This document shows, piece by piece, positions 51,340 through 63,534 of a DNA stretch of 64,000 nucleotides. The position numbers were made by a program, and so were the translations under genes. Source of the stretch: Lama glama (Eukaryota). The stretch covers positions 12,154,001 to 12,218,000 of the forward strand of contig CM052816.1 of the NCBI GenBank assembly GCA_028534125.1, read 5' to 3'. Position 1 is the stretch's first letter. Every line of letters begins with the position of its first letter. The notes beneath the pieces were generated by a model that was given only the letters and a program-made list of their open reading frames with translations, did no database searches and was not told where the DNA came from.

Positions 51340-51600
51340 AAGCTGTTTATGGTAGACTCATTCATATTAAGCCTACAGACTTTGCCCTCAAACAGTTTGA
51401 TGCTGCATTTCTTCTCACCCCACTTACGACATAAGACTCAGCATAAGTTTCTTAATCTTCTCAATCACCAGTTTTCCCCTTTGAAAAGAAATACTTCATT
51501 GAGGTTTTTTTTTTGTAAAAATTAAGATATAATGTAGGTAGAGCCAAACAGTTTATGGCATAGAATAACTGTTCAGTAGATGTGAGATATTATTACAACT
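51340..51600 (+). mobile_element. MIR SINE
   Basis: 'cttaatcttctcaatcaccagttttcccctttgaaaa...aaaattaagatataatgtaggtagagc'. Confidence 0.6.
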
Positions 51601-52929
51601 TTATTTTATATATATCTTGTTCTTCACAATTATCTGACCATACAGAACATCATAAACCCACTTTATGCACTTGTTCTCTTTCACTAAATATAACACTGAG
51701 CTTGTAGTAGCAAAATACTAAGCTTATGCATCAAAAGATTATCTGGGAGAAAGAATTTTCATGGAAGCCTGCTTGAAGTACATTCAGTTTGTCAATCAAT
51801 TCCTCTGTATATTTTTAGAATCTACCTAGATGGATAGAAAACAGCCTACCTAGACTACATTAACATACTGGCCATGCCAAGGTTTATTTTCGATGAACTG
51901 TGCAATTTAAAATCCCTCTTGACTTTATTTAGGGTCAGTGTAAGAAATCACAATGATCACAACAGCAGTAACTCTTGTCATTGTACGCCCTTTCAGAACA
52001 TTGTCAGATAAGATGTTCGTTATACATAACTGTCCACTTGACAACAACTGTCAGAAAAGATTCCATCTCACTGACTACCAAGAAAAACTGTGCTTCCCCT
52101 AAACTGTATGTATAGTTTGATATTATGGGGCCTGAAATTTGTGTAACTGATCACTTTTTTTTTTTGCCAAAAAGTTTAGATCGATCCAAAATTTTCACTT
52201 ACCTGTAAACAAATACATAGATCAAGGATAGCAAATTACGGTGAATTATGTATCGTAAACCTCCCTTTCTGCCTCCATTGCAGATACCACTAATCAGACA
52301 TGGCACTGTTCTCCATGAAATGTGGACTCAGAATCCATCTCAACATAGTTCTTCAGGCCATGTTGGAACAAGAGGTGAAACTCAACTTGGCATTCTTAGA
52401 ACAAAGCACTGAGGTTTGCATTGTAAGCCTCATTTCTGGAAGTATCTTCTGTCTTACAGTTTCTCTTTACCATCACTTTGGGCTTCTCTGATATCTTTTA
52501 TTCATATTTATTTTGTATTCCACTTAGAACAATACTGTGCAAATTAATCAACACATTCTGCACCCTCACACATATTCTACACCCTCAATGAGCTCCCAAT
52601 TTTTTTGAGTACTGAGATATGTGAACAGGCAAATTACTCAAAGTATGAAAATTAATCTGACAAAATAAAGCATTAGGTACTTACACAGGTTTTAGGAGAG
52701 GAATGAAACCCTTCTTTATTTGATAGGGGTAGAGTTGAAGAACGCTTAGTTAAGGAATCAGTGATGTGATTCTAGATGAACAAGCAGGTATTAAAAAGTG
52801 GGCAACAGGAATTGTGATACCACTGGTAGGTTGTGAAGTCTACTGCAGGGTGTGTGGTCATTGCAATTATTCAAGTTATGTCCTTTTGCTTCAAAGCAGT
52901 GTTTCCTAAGATGTAACACATGTATAAAA

Positions 52930-53085
52930 GTGAAGTGGGATTTTAGGAGTCACTGTTAGAGATAGTTTAGTTTCAAATAGCAGAAAAGTCCAACTTAAAA
53001 TAGATCAAAGATCAACGTAAGTAATGGTTCACATTTCCGACAAGTCCAGGGCTAGTCAGTCTTTACATACAGCTGGCTTAGTAAT
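52930..53085 (-). mobile_element. MLT1-like LTR fragment
   Basis: 'tttagtttcaaatagcagaaaagtccaactta...ggttcaca...aagtccaggg'. Confidence 0.5.
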
Positions 53086-53844
53086 TTCTTTTTCTGAGCA
53101 TGCTGATATCTTCAGGGGAAGTTGAGGACAGGGTGGCACTCACTAAACAGATCAAGGAGAGTCAGAATCAACAGAGACTGGCCTGGCAGAACTGACAAAA
53201 TGCAAGGGATTCCTTGGTTCCCCAGTCAGGTCTCCTTCCTGACTCACTCTCTCCTTACTCCCTCTAAAACTCACAGTACTGGCTTTTTATGTCCTTAAAA
53301 AATAAAGAAAACAATAACCTCTAATTTGGGTTTTATCTGGCCTTTATAGTTGTAAGACATAATTCAGAATGGATCAAAAATATACCCTGGATAGAGCTTA
53401 TAATATTGCACAAGCTCCCACTAAAACTTTGTTGCTGCTCTGAGACATTTCAAAAATAGGAGAATTTGATGCGATGGCCAGGTCCCCAGTGTCTGATTGC
53501 CAATCATGTCAGAGTCCAGAGCCAGGAAATAAATAGCAAGCATCTGCCTTTCTGTGTGGTTCTGCAGTGAGATATAGCAAGTTCCCCTTTGCTTATTTTT
53601 AGGGATTTTGTATATGATACAAAGGAAGAAATTGCTCTACTGAAGCATAACCGAGTAATATACTACATATGTGCAGAGCTTCAGTTTGCTTTTTAATATG
53701 CAGTTTCCAACATAAATCTCATGGGAATGCAAGATCCCAAAGGGAGGTTGTGGCCTGAATGATAAACTGCTGTGTCTCCTCTCTTTAGAATGGGTCCTGA
53801 CTGATGACACTGACTCAAAAGCATTTGGTAATAAATACTACTAG

Positions 53845-54640
53845 TTGGGTAATTTGGGCTGAAAATTAGAGAAAGCTCAACTAAGACTGGCTTAAAATCT
53901 GTGTAAACTGACTGGTTCAGAAGGCTAGCAATCCAAAGGTAGGATGGGCTTCAAGACTGACTTCATCTGTGGTCTCTGGACCACTTCTCCTTCCAGTCTC
54001 TTGGCAATGCTCGTCTCTGTGTCATGGTGTTCTACTCTCTCCATGAGCAAGACAAAAAATGGTACTCAGAGTGAAAGCTATATTCATTAGTATTTTCCAG
54101 CAGACATCCCTGGTTTCTTCCCTGGCACGTGTAGATTTGTACATCCCTGCTCTCTTGACGTTAGATGTGTTCATGTGACTTACCTTCACTAGTGAAACGT
54201 GATCGGAAGTTTTATAAGACACTACCAGGTGTGGGCTCCATGAGCCAGTTTCCTCTGCTACAGTGATCTGCTATGTTCTGGAGAGTGGCTGCTCTGCCAG
54301 CCCATGTCCCAGAGAGAGGATGGCGCAGAGGAGAACCCCCATCCCACTTGTGACAGAAATTAATGTAAAAAGCAAATAAACCTTTGTTATTCTAACCCAC
54401 CAATAACCGAACCTATCCAGACCAATACCAACAGAAAGCCATTCCTGGATGGCTTCCAAGAACAAACAAGAAAGACCTTAATATGAATCCCCCAGATGCT
54501 CTCCTTATAACTCATTGGTGTCAATTCCCACGCCCAAGGCAATCATCATCAAGGGAAGTCGCTGCTGTAAGCCTACCCTAGACCTTCTATCCCTAATTCA
54601 AATTCCCTTCAGTCTCCTGGGTTGTAGAGGAGTATATGAA
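53845..54640 (-). mobile_element. Old MLT1 LTR interrupted by an opposite-strand MLT1
   Basis: 'agagaaagctcaactaagactggcttaaa...ggatgggcttcaagac' resumes after 54430 ('ctcattgg...cccaaggcaatcatc'). Confidence 0.5.
54085..54430 (+). mobile_element. MLT1I/J-like solo LTR
   Basis: 'cttgacgttagatgtgttcatgtgactt...gtggctgctctgccagcc...aataaacctttgtt...cctatccagaccaatac'. Confidence 0.7.
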
Positions 54641-56204
54641 ATCCTGAATAAAATATGATTTTGTTAGGTAAGATGAAAAAATCTCCATGAGAAAGTTAAT
54701 GTAATTTTTTTTCTTCCTTTACTGGGTTTAAGAGGGTGCTTAGTAGTGTGTCTTTTTCAGAATGGACAGGAGAAACCTCTTTCCGCACATTTCCTATAAT
54801 CTCAGCTGGACTATTCACAATAGAAAGCCACTGTCACAATGTGTTTATGTGATCCCCTCTTTCTTTTTTGGAATAAGAGATAGGGTGGAAAGGGTAAAAG
54901 AGTAATGATAAATTCACTTTTTATTCATATGCTTTTATCTAACTTACCGTTTTATCTGTATAAGGCAGAGGTAGGCAATATCCACATAATTAATTCCAAG
55001 TAACTGGGAAAACCCAGTGGGCTTTATTGGATTCACTACTATTATGCTTAGCACAGAGTATTAGCTAATGATGAAGGTAATTTCCGCAATTATTATTTAT
55101 ATACTTTTAATCATAATGTATCTTATATGATCATCCTCTCAAACATTCCCTAACAACAGAACATATTTCCTACATGTAAAAGATTACTTTAAATCCAAAA
55201 ACTTTCTTTAGAATAAGAAGTATAATAGAACTATTTAGTCCTTTGAGCATAATATATGTTAACTCATCCCAAATTTCAACATTAGAGCGAGTTATATGGG
55301 GAGAAAGTAACTGTGTATTTGATTCTTAAAGTCTTATCCTAAAATCTTCATCAAGTTGGTTTATAACCTCTGTGTTTACTGTTCTACAGGCCAAAAGGAA
55401 TTAATACCACAGCAAACTATGAAAACATCCTAGGATGTAAAAACCTTTTAAAATACAATTATATAGCACGATACAGCTAGAAGTCAAGTTACCCTAACTC
55501 ATGTTACCGTGAATCTGACCGATGGCAAGTAGCACCTTTAGTTTGCATACTGAATTTCCAACAACTAAAAGGCACAGAATTAAAACAAGACTGAAGTTCT
55601 AAATACCAGTGAAAATTTAGAGATTGCTAAACTTTTGCTCCCTATATCTTCCATTTAGCACAAGTAAAATCGTCCAAATTTGTCTAATACATCAACCATG
55701 AATCTCCAGTGTGTTTGTTCATTTATTCATATGTGAATGCATTTTGGAGGAGTGAGAGAAAAAAAGAGGGGAGAGATTCTTGGCTGTAGCGGTAGTTCAT
55801 TGGATAAGCACTCCTGTGTCCAAATGTGTATAATAAGACCTTTGGAAATATTATGTCCGGCATTATATCTTTGAGTAATGTTGCTCATTTCATTTCTCCA
55901 AGATGTTTTCAAAATGGAGCAGCAATTTTGAGAGATGTAACTACCTGGAGCCAAGAAAATAATCCCGTGCCAGGCATCAAGGTTTATAAAAATTCAGGGC
56001 AGCTCACAAACAAATTCATTTCCTAATGCATTTCATTGCACATCCTGCAACAAGCAATACAGAGTCTTAACATCTGAAAAAACTTGCCCTCTCTGCCTAG
56101 AAAGGAAGGCTACAAATGATTCAAAAATTTAAGACATTACAACAATCCAAAATTATATTAGAACCTTGGCTAACTAGAATTCAAGCAAATAGAACCCTAA
56201 AATA

Positions 56205-56430
56205 AGCTAAGAACTACAAGAAACTCTAAGGGTCATTGAGTTCAACCTCCTGAAAACACAGTGATCTCTTCTTCAATATCCTTTTATCAATAGTCACTAA
56301 CCTCTGCAAACATATTTCCAGGAATGGAGACTTACTTCTCAAGAAAATCTATTCCATTCTCAAACAGTTATAATCATTAGATCATCATTTATCATAATTG
56401 ATGTGAAATATTTCTTCCTCTAACTTGGCT
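56205..56430 (-). mobile_element. L3/CR1 3' end
   Basis: 'ggtcattgagttcaacctcc...aacctctgcaaacatatttccaggaatggagact...ttccattctcaaacagttataatcattag'. Confidence 0.6.
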
Positions 56431-56490
56431 GTAGTTTTCCATTTGAAAAGGACAAAGAATGTCTTATTTTTCTTAAATCAGTATGTCACT

Positions 56491-56612
56491 CTAGTTTCAT
56501 TTTTTATTTTTAATTATTTTTTTCTTTATTTTTTAATGGAGGTACCGGGGACTGAACCCAGGACCTCATGCATGCTAAGCACATGCTCTCCCACTGAGCT
56601 ATACCCTCCTGC
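56491..56612 (-). mobile_element. tRNA-Ala-derived SINE (camelid Vic-type)
   Basis: Reverse complement ggagggtatagctcagtgggagagcatgtgcttagcatgcatgaggtcctgggttcagtccccggtacctcca plus A-rich tail. A/B boxes present. TSD tatgtcact (56482-56490 / 56613-56621). Confidence 0.85.
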
Positions 56613-56784
56613 TATGTCACTTTCATTTTGGATTGAGGCAAAGATAGGGAAAAGCAGCATAAAAAACCAAATAGAAAGCAATTTTAACTTAAATAATCAA
56701 CATCTTTGAGTACATTTTGTGACATGTCCATATTTCCTCCTAAATCCTCACCCTTGTATATACAGCAAGAATGATACACATACT

Positions 56785-57330
56785 CATGCCACTCTCTGTA
56801 TAAAATCTTTCAAAGGATTTTATCTTATCTGAGGATAATGTCTAACCTTCCTTCTATGATTTTTAAGGCCCACCGTGCTCCAGACTTTGCTACCTCCCTA
56901 GGCTTCCCAACTCTCACACTTACCTGGAACACAATGATCCATTCCTGCTAAATAAATTTCAATACTTAAAAATCACCTCCCTCTGTCTCTTTTGTTTTTA
57001 CCTCCTGAAGTTCTCCTTGTTCAGTCAAAAACATTTTTTTCATAACTCTTGCTCTGCATAACTAATTCTCATCCCATAGAAGACACTTCTCAGACAGCCT
57101 TCACTGACCATCTAAATTTGGGTTGGATGCCTCTCCCACAAGGTTTCATGGCATCCTACAGTCTCATTAACATACCCGTTCATATATTACATGTTAGTCA
57201 CCAAAACTGTAATATACAAGACACCAGCAGCTGCACCTAACTCATTCACTACTTCAGCCCTTCACTCTATTATGCCTGAAACACAGTCGATGGCTTCATC
57301 AATCCTTGTTAAATATATAAATGATCAAAT
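56785..57330 (+). mobile_element. L2 fragment
   Basis: 'taaaatctttcaaagg...gaggataatgtctaacc...cagccttcactgacca...tgcctgaaacacagt'. Confidence 0.6.
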
Positions 57331-57620
57331 ATGAGTAATATAAGTCAGTGCAATGCCACTTTATCCAAGAACAATAGAATTATTTTTAGTATATTCTACC
57401 TATTAAAGCTGAGAATAAGCTCATTTATTTTGGAAAGTTTCCAACAACCAAAGATGCTAACAGAAGAAATTTCAGCTAATTACATGGTAAGATTATTATG
57501 GTTAGTCTCTACATTTTATGGTTAATTTTGTCAGTTCATCACTCAGGGGTAGTTGTTCAATTACATCTTCGCTGGTGAACTTCTTTAAGTCTTGTTTTGT
57601 GATTAAATTATGGGACGTCT

Positions 57621-57739
57621 TTTTTTTTTTTTAATTTTATTTATTTAATGGAAGTACTGGGGATTGAACCCAGGACTTCGTGCAAGCTAGGCATGCGCTC
57701 TACCATTGAGCTATTCCTGCCATACCCCCCACCCTCAAC
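57621..57739 (-). mobile_element. tRNA-Ala-derived SINE (camelid Vic-type)
   Basis: Reverse complement ...tagctcaatggtagagcgcatgcctagcttgcacgaagtcctgggttcaatccccagtacttcca plus A tail. TSD tgggacgtct / tgggacatgtct. Confidence 0.85.
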
Positions 57740-59149
57740 TGGGACATGTCTTTATAAAATGATACAGCTCTGTGACAATATTTTTTAAATAATAATTTTA
57801 AAGGGCATACGCAGAAACAACTATTACTCTCAACACTAGAAGGACGCAATGACTCTAAATCGATGTTTCTCTTCCTTTGGCACTGAGTGAATTGGGTGAT
57901 GACAAAGAAGACTCTCTCTGACTCTCCTACCTAGGAGAGGTCATTAAATCACTACATGCTACCTTTTATAGGATAAAATTATAAAAAGGGAACTGACAGA
58001 AGGCGTAGATACATGATCAAGAGATGAACAATTTGCCTTGTAAATCTTATGCACATATCCACCTTTCCTTATTACCTACCCAGTGTGGACCTACAAAACA
58101 GTGAGCCAGGAAAGAAGCCTGGAGCTGTATTTTATGTAATCAATGCCATAAGTTACTGCCTGGCTCCACTGCACAAGGGCTGCTTCAACCTTGAATGTGG
58201 CCTTTTGTTTGAATGTATCACCATATGTTCCCAAATTGCTGTGCAAAGACTGATTGTTCCACAGTCTCCTATTAATATTTTGTTTGGGCATAATGTTCAC
58301 TTTCTATTTGTCTAAAATGTTCCAAAATGCCAAGCGATTTTTTAAGTAATTGTTAAATTTTGCAAGTAGAAGCTGCTATTCTATGACTGACTTGCACAGT
58401 TGAAATCTATGAAAACACTGTGATTTGAGTTAGGATGCTACAGTAAGACACAGATGACAATTGTCACTTTATAGCTGAAGGAGTTGGGGCTGAAATCCAG
58501 GAAGACTTCAAAAGGTTTTTTTTTTTCTTTCTGCTGCCCTACTCATCATATTCAGCTCATTAGTCTTGAAATAACACAGTAGAATGATCATTCAGGGAAT
58601 TTAAATCACTTGAACAATATTCATTCCAGAATTTCTGGAAAGGGTAGCATATGTCCCTATGAAAATTTTTAAAATTAAATGCTTCCATTCTTTGTTTTCT
58701 TCCAGGACACAACCAGTGTGATTCCAGAACTCAAAATGTAGGGAGGGTCCAAACTGGAGAGGAAGAGTGTATCTCCCTCCTCCCCACCCCAGCCTGCCTG
58801 ACCCCTTCATGCTATTCTTCATCAAAAAGTAGGATGAATTCATCTAAGGCAAATGTAATTTTGTGATCCAGGAAATTCATCAAACAGCATACTATGAGAA
58901 GCAACAACAGAAGATGGTGTTCTTTCTCATTCTCTCTCACACACACACAATATGCAATTTTACAATATTCTTTTGTCAAAACGTGATATTGGGGACATAT
59001 GAGACAGCAAACTGGCACCCCATTAATATTGCATTTTCTGATCACAGTGTTGAAAATACTGTTTCCACATTAGTCTCTCTCTGGAGACTCTCCTCAGGGA
59101 ATAGGAAATTTGTCTGGTTATTACTTATGTTTCTAGTGCTTTCTGGGGA

Positions 59150-59790
59150 CAGAAAGGCATAGTGATTAAAAACATGAACTTTGGAATCAGACATACTTGA
59201 ACATGAACCTTGACTGTACTGATTAATAGCTGTGTGACTGCGATTTTCCACATTTGCAAAAGGGACTGAATATATCAGAGAATGCTACAGGATATTTTTA
59301 TATTTTCTCTACCCTAAGCAAGAAGATACACCCCAGCCTGTGTACATGCTGAGAGTTAGAGAAGTTCATTATATTACCCGAGATTACACAACTAATAAGT
59401 GAAAGAGCTTAGATTTAAACTAAGATCTATCTGATGTAGCCCACGAGCTTGACTGATCTGCCATATTCCTGCCACGGAAAATGAGTGAACCTCTTACAGT
59501 AAGATGAAAAGCCTTCATCCTATGTCTTTGCCTCATATCCTGGCACTTTTGCTTATGGTAAGAATATTTTACTGTCCAATGTTAACCATGTAACCTTAAG
59601 CATACTTAACCTTTGTTTCTTAAAAGGTATATGGGCATCGTGATAACACTAATAACTGTTCTATAGGGTTAAGGGGTTAAACAAGTTACTACGCCTGAAG
59701 TACCTGAAGCCCGGCTGTCATATGGTAAGCAAGCACTATATGCATTAGTTTATTCTTACTAGTGTTTTTGCTGTTATTTTGTTGCTGTTG
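59150..59790. mobile_element. Cluster of three MIR fragments (+, -, +)
   Basis: 'gaactttggaatcagac...tagctgtgtgact'; 'gagattacacaactaataagt...gatttaaactaagatctatctga'; 'gtaaccttaagcatacttaacc...tatggtaagcaagcact'. Confidence 0.65.
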
Positions 59791-59930
59791 TTGTTACTTA
59801 AAGCACATACTAAGTAACAGAGACTCAACTACAAGTGACTCAAGAAAACAGTGATAGTTTTTCCTCACGTAATTAGAAGCTTGGATATGACAGCTCTGAG
59901 CCTTGGCCCAATGACACCCCCAAAGACTAG

Positions 59931-60494
59931 CACTATATACAATAGCCAAGACATGGAAACAACCTGAACGTCCATCCACAGATGACTGGATAAAGAAGTT
60001 GTGATATATTTATACAATGGAATACTACTCAGCTATACAAAGAATAAAATAATGCCATTTGCAGCAACATGGATGTCCCTGGAGGATGTCATTGTAAGTG
60101 GAGTAAGCCAGAAAGAGAAAGAAAACTACCGTATGATATCACTCATATGTGGAATATAAAAAAAGAAAAAAAGAGGACACTAATGAACTCCTCTACAAAA
60201 CCAAAACAAACTCACAGACATAGTAAACAATCTTATGGTTACCAGGGGAAAGGGTTGGGAAGAGATAAATTTGGGAGTCTGAGATTTGCAAATTGTTAGC
60301 CACTATATATAAAAATAGATTTAAAGAATATTTTTCTTTTGTATAGCACAGGAAACCATATTCAGTACCTTAAAATAACCTTTAATGAAAAAGAATATGA
60401 AAACGAATATATGTATGTATATGCATGACTGGGACATTGTGCTGTACACCAGAAATTGACACACTGTAACTGATTGTACTTCAATAAAAAAAAA
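59931..60494 (+). mobile_element. Young camelid-type L1 3' end with poly(A)
   Basis: 'acaatagccaagacatggaaacaacct...gaatactactcagc...ctgtacaccagaaattgacacactgtaactgattgtacttcaataaaaaaaaa'. Confidence 0.95.
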
Positions 60495-62010
60495 TGGAAA
60501 GTTAAAGATACAGAGGCAATTTTAAAGGCATCAAGAGAAAAAAGACAAGTCATATACAAGGGAACTCCCATAAGACTGCTAGCTGATTTTTCAGCAAAAA
60601 CTATGCAGGACAGAAGGGAATGGCATACTATATTCAAAGTGCTGGAAGGAAAACACAACCAAGGTTACGCTCCCTGAACAAGGTTACCAATCAGAAGTGA
60701 AAGAGAGATAAAGGATACCCAAGACAAGACAAACTAAAGGAGTCTCACCACTAAACCACCCTTACGAGTAATGTTAAAGAGCCTTATTTAAGCAGAAATC
60801 AAAAGGCGGTAACCAGAAATTATATATATATAATATATTATATATATACATGGAAAAATTCCTTTGGTAAAGACAATACAGTAAGGGCAGTGGATCAGTC
60901 ATTTAAAAAATTAGTATGAAGATTAAAATGCAAAAGTAGTAAAATCAACTATGACTACAATAAATGTTAAGGGATACGGAAAATGAAAAGATGTAAAATA
61001 TGATGTCAAAACTTAAAACACAATGGGAGGAGGTATAAGAAAGTAGTGCTTTTAGAATCTGTTTAAACTTAAACAGTTATCAGCTTAAAATAACTGATAC
61101 ACACACACACACACACCCCTCATGGTAACTACAAACTAAAACTTAAAGTAGATACACAGAAAATAAAGAAAAAAAAAATCCAAACTCAGTACCAAGGAAA
61201 ATCAAACCAAAGGAAGAAAACAAAAGAAGAAAAAAGGACCACAGAAGAACTACAAAAACAGTTAGTAAACATTTAAAAATGTCAATAGGTGCATACTTAT
61301 CAAAAATTATTTCAAATGTCAATAAGCTGAATGATTCAATCAAAAGATCATCAAAAGGGTGACTGAATGGATAAAAAAAATCAAGGTCCATCTATATTGC
61401 TGCCCACAAGAGGCTCACTTCAGAGCTAAAGACACTCACAGGCTGAAAGTAAAGGAAGGGAAAATATATTACACGAAAATGAAAATTTAAAAAAAAAAGC
61501 TAGGTAGCAACATTCATATCAGACAAAATGGACTTTAAAACAAAACTATAATAAAAGACAAGAAAAGCCATTACATCAAAGAGGTCAATCCAAAAATAGG
61601 ATATACCATTTAATATTTACACACACAACATAGGGATACCTAAATATATGAAGCAAATATTAATTGACCTAAAGACAGATGCAAATGGAAACATAACTTT
61701 CCACAATCTATGGAACACAACAAAAGGAGTTGTAAGTGGGAAGTTCACAGGGACAGTGGCCTACCGAAAATATACAAACAAAACAAAAACAAGAAAAACC
61801 TCAAATAAACCATCTAACTTTGCACCTTGAGGAACTGGCAAAAGAACAAAGCCCAAAGTGAGTAAAAGAAAGGAAATAACAGAGGTCAGAGTAGAAATAA
61901 ACTTTAAAAGACTAAGAAAAGATCAATGAAAAGCTGGTTCTTTGAAAAGATCAACAAAATTGATAAACCGTTAGCCAGACTTGGGAAGAAAAAGCAAGAG
62001 TCCAAATAAC
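60495..62010 (+). mobile_element. Decayed L1: ORF1 C-terminus, spacer, ORF2 N-terminus with an internal deletion
   Basis: 'KVKDTEAILKASREKRQVIYKGTPIRLLADFSAKTMQDRREW..IFKVL' is ORF1. 'KQILIDLK|TDANGNITFHNLWNTTKGV' is ORF2 across a deletion. Confidence 0.92.
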
Positions 62011-62017
62011 CACAATC

Positions 62018-62319
62018 GAGAGCCTGGAAAGTCCAGGATCATGATGCCAGCAGATTCAGCGTGGCGGCTGCTAAGGGACCGTTTCCTGACTCATAGATGG
62101 CGCCTCTTCACTGTGTCCTCACACGGTGGAAGTGGCACAGGATTTCCCTGGATGCTCTTTTATAAAGGCATTAATCCCACTCATGAAGGTTTCACCCTCA
62201 TAATCTAATCACTTCTTAAAATCTCCACCTCCAAATACCATCACAGTGGGCATTAAGATTTCAACATACGAATTTGGTGGGGGGGGGAGGCCGGGGACAC
62301 AAACATTCAGACCATGGTA
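62018..62319 (-). mobile_element. MLT1A-like MaLR LTR (truncated)
   Basis: 'aagtccaggatcatgatgccagcagattc...cattaatcccactcatga...aaataccatcac...ggacacaaacattcagaccat'. Confidence 0.85.
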
Positions 62320-63438
62320 GTATATATTTACTAATTATGTTTATCTTTCCTTTCTCTCAATCCTATACTCTCCAACATAAGCATATCAGTAAAGTTTCAC
62401 CCTGTATCTCAGTATTTAACAGAATATCTCAGCCGGGAAAGGAACAAGTATTGTCAGACATGGACTGAATCCAGGAAACCTGTATTTCCTCATTTAGAAA
62501 GATTAGTATGTTTTCAGTTTTGTATTGAATACATACATGTCTGGGGGGGGTGGTTAGTGGCATCATATATTAAGCAGAAGCAGGATGTTATTTTTATTGG
62601 AGCTTAAATACAGGTACAGGAGGATGGATTTAGCCACTGAGTTGACAAAAGGCACTGTGCCAGAATGAATGCTCTCAATGTGGTACCATCTCCAGCAACC
62701 CCTTTTAAGACTGAAAAGTAGGTTTCCCAGAATCCCCTTTGTCATGCAGTCCCAGTTTTAGAATTTTCCAATAAGAGGAATTCACGTGCTCTTTAGAAGG
62801 CAAAGTGGAGCAGAAGCTAGCATTCTTTGGGAGGCTAAGGCAGCCAGAATGGTGCTGTACAGATTTATTCATGATTGGGACTGCATTCCCCAAATCCAGT
62901 GCTTTAGGCTGTATAATGAACGTATTTCCAACCCTCCAGATGTAGGCTTCCACACCTTCACTCCCTCAGACCTGTACACATTTATATGCGTCTTAATTCA
63001 CATACTAAGATCCTTAGTCACCTAATACTTGTAGTGTGTCTTTTCTGCTGGTCAAGTTCAGAGGGATGCAGTAGGTAAAACGTAGCAGATGCAGCACAGC
63101 GTTAATTTTTACTATTTCCATGTTGAATATTTATGAATAAATGTATCTCATCTTAAATTTGTCCTAAGAACACTCTTCCTTTATTCAATAAGACACCAAA
63201 CCACATATAAACAATGGGATTCCTTTTCTGTTAGAGACCAAATCATTAAAGAAAGCCATGATTTGACTGCAATGCTCTTGCTGACATTTTTTGGGCTTGA
63301 GTATAATGGAATGTCATCTACAGAGACTCAAGCAGACACTTTGAGTGATGGCTGAAGATTTGTCAAACTGAAGTTTCTGTTCTGTGACAAATCACTTTGG
63401 AGCATGAGAAACGTTAGCGCTTATTTATTTTATTCAAG

Positions 63439-63534
63439 ACAAGTTGACTCAAAAGAAGGAAAGATTAGATCCAGAAAGCCAATCTCCAATTGGTAAAATA
63501 CATCAAGGGCCCCTGGGAAGTTCTTCCTCAGCAG
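63439..63534 (+). other. Candidate 96-bp exon (unverified)
   Basis: ttatttattttattcaag|...tcctcagcag|gtaagg. One frame is open (KLTQKKERLDPESQSPIGKIHQGPLGSSSSA). No protein recognised. Confidence 0.2.

Noticed and set aside
56535..57720. Two tRNA-Ala-like sequences as tRNA genes
   Set aside because: They have A-rich tails, TSDs and stem-disrupting substitutions, so they are SINEs.
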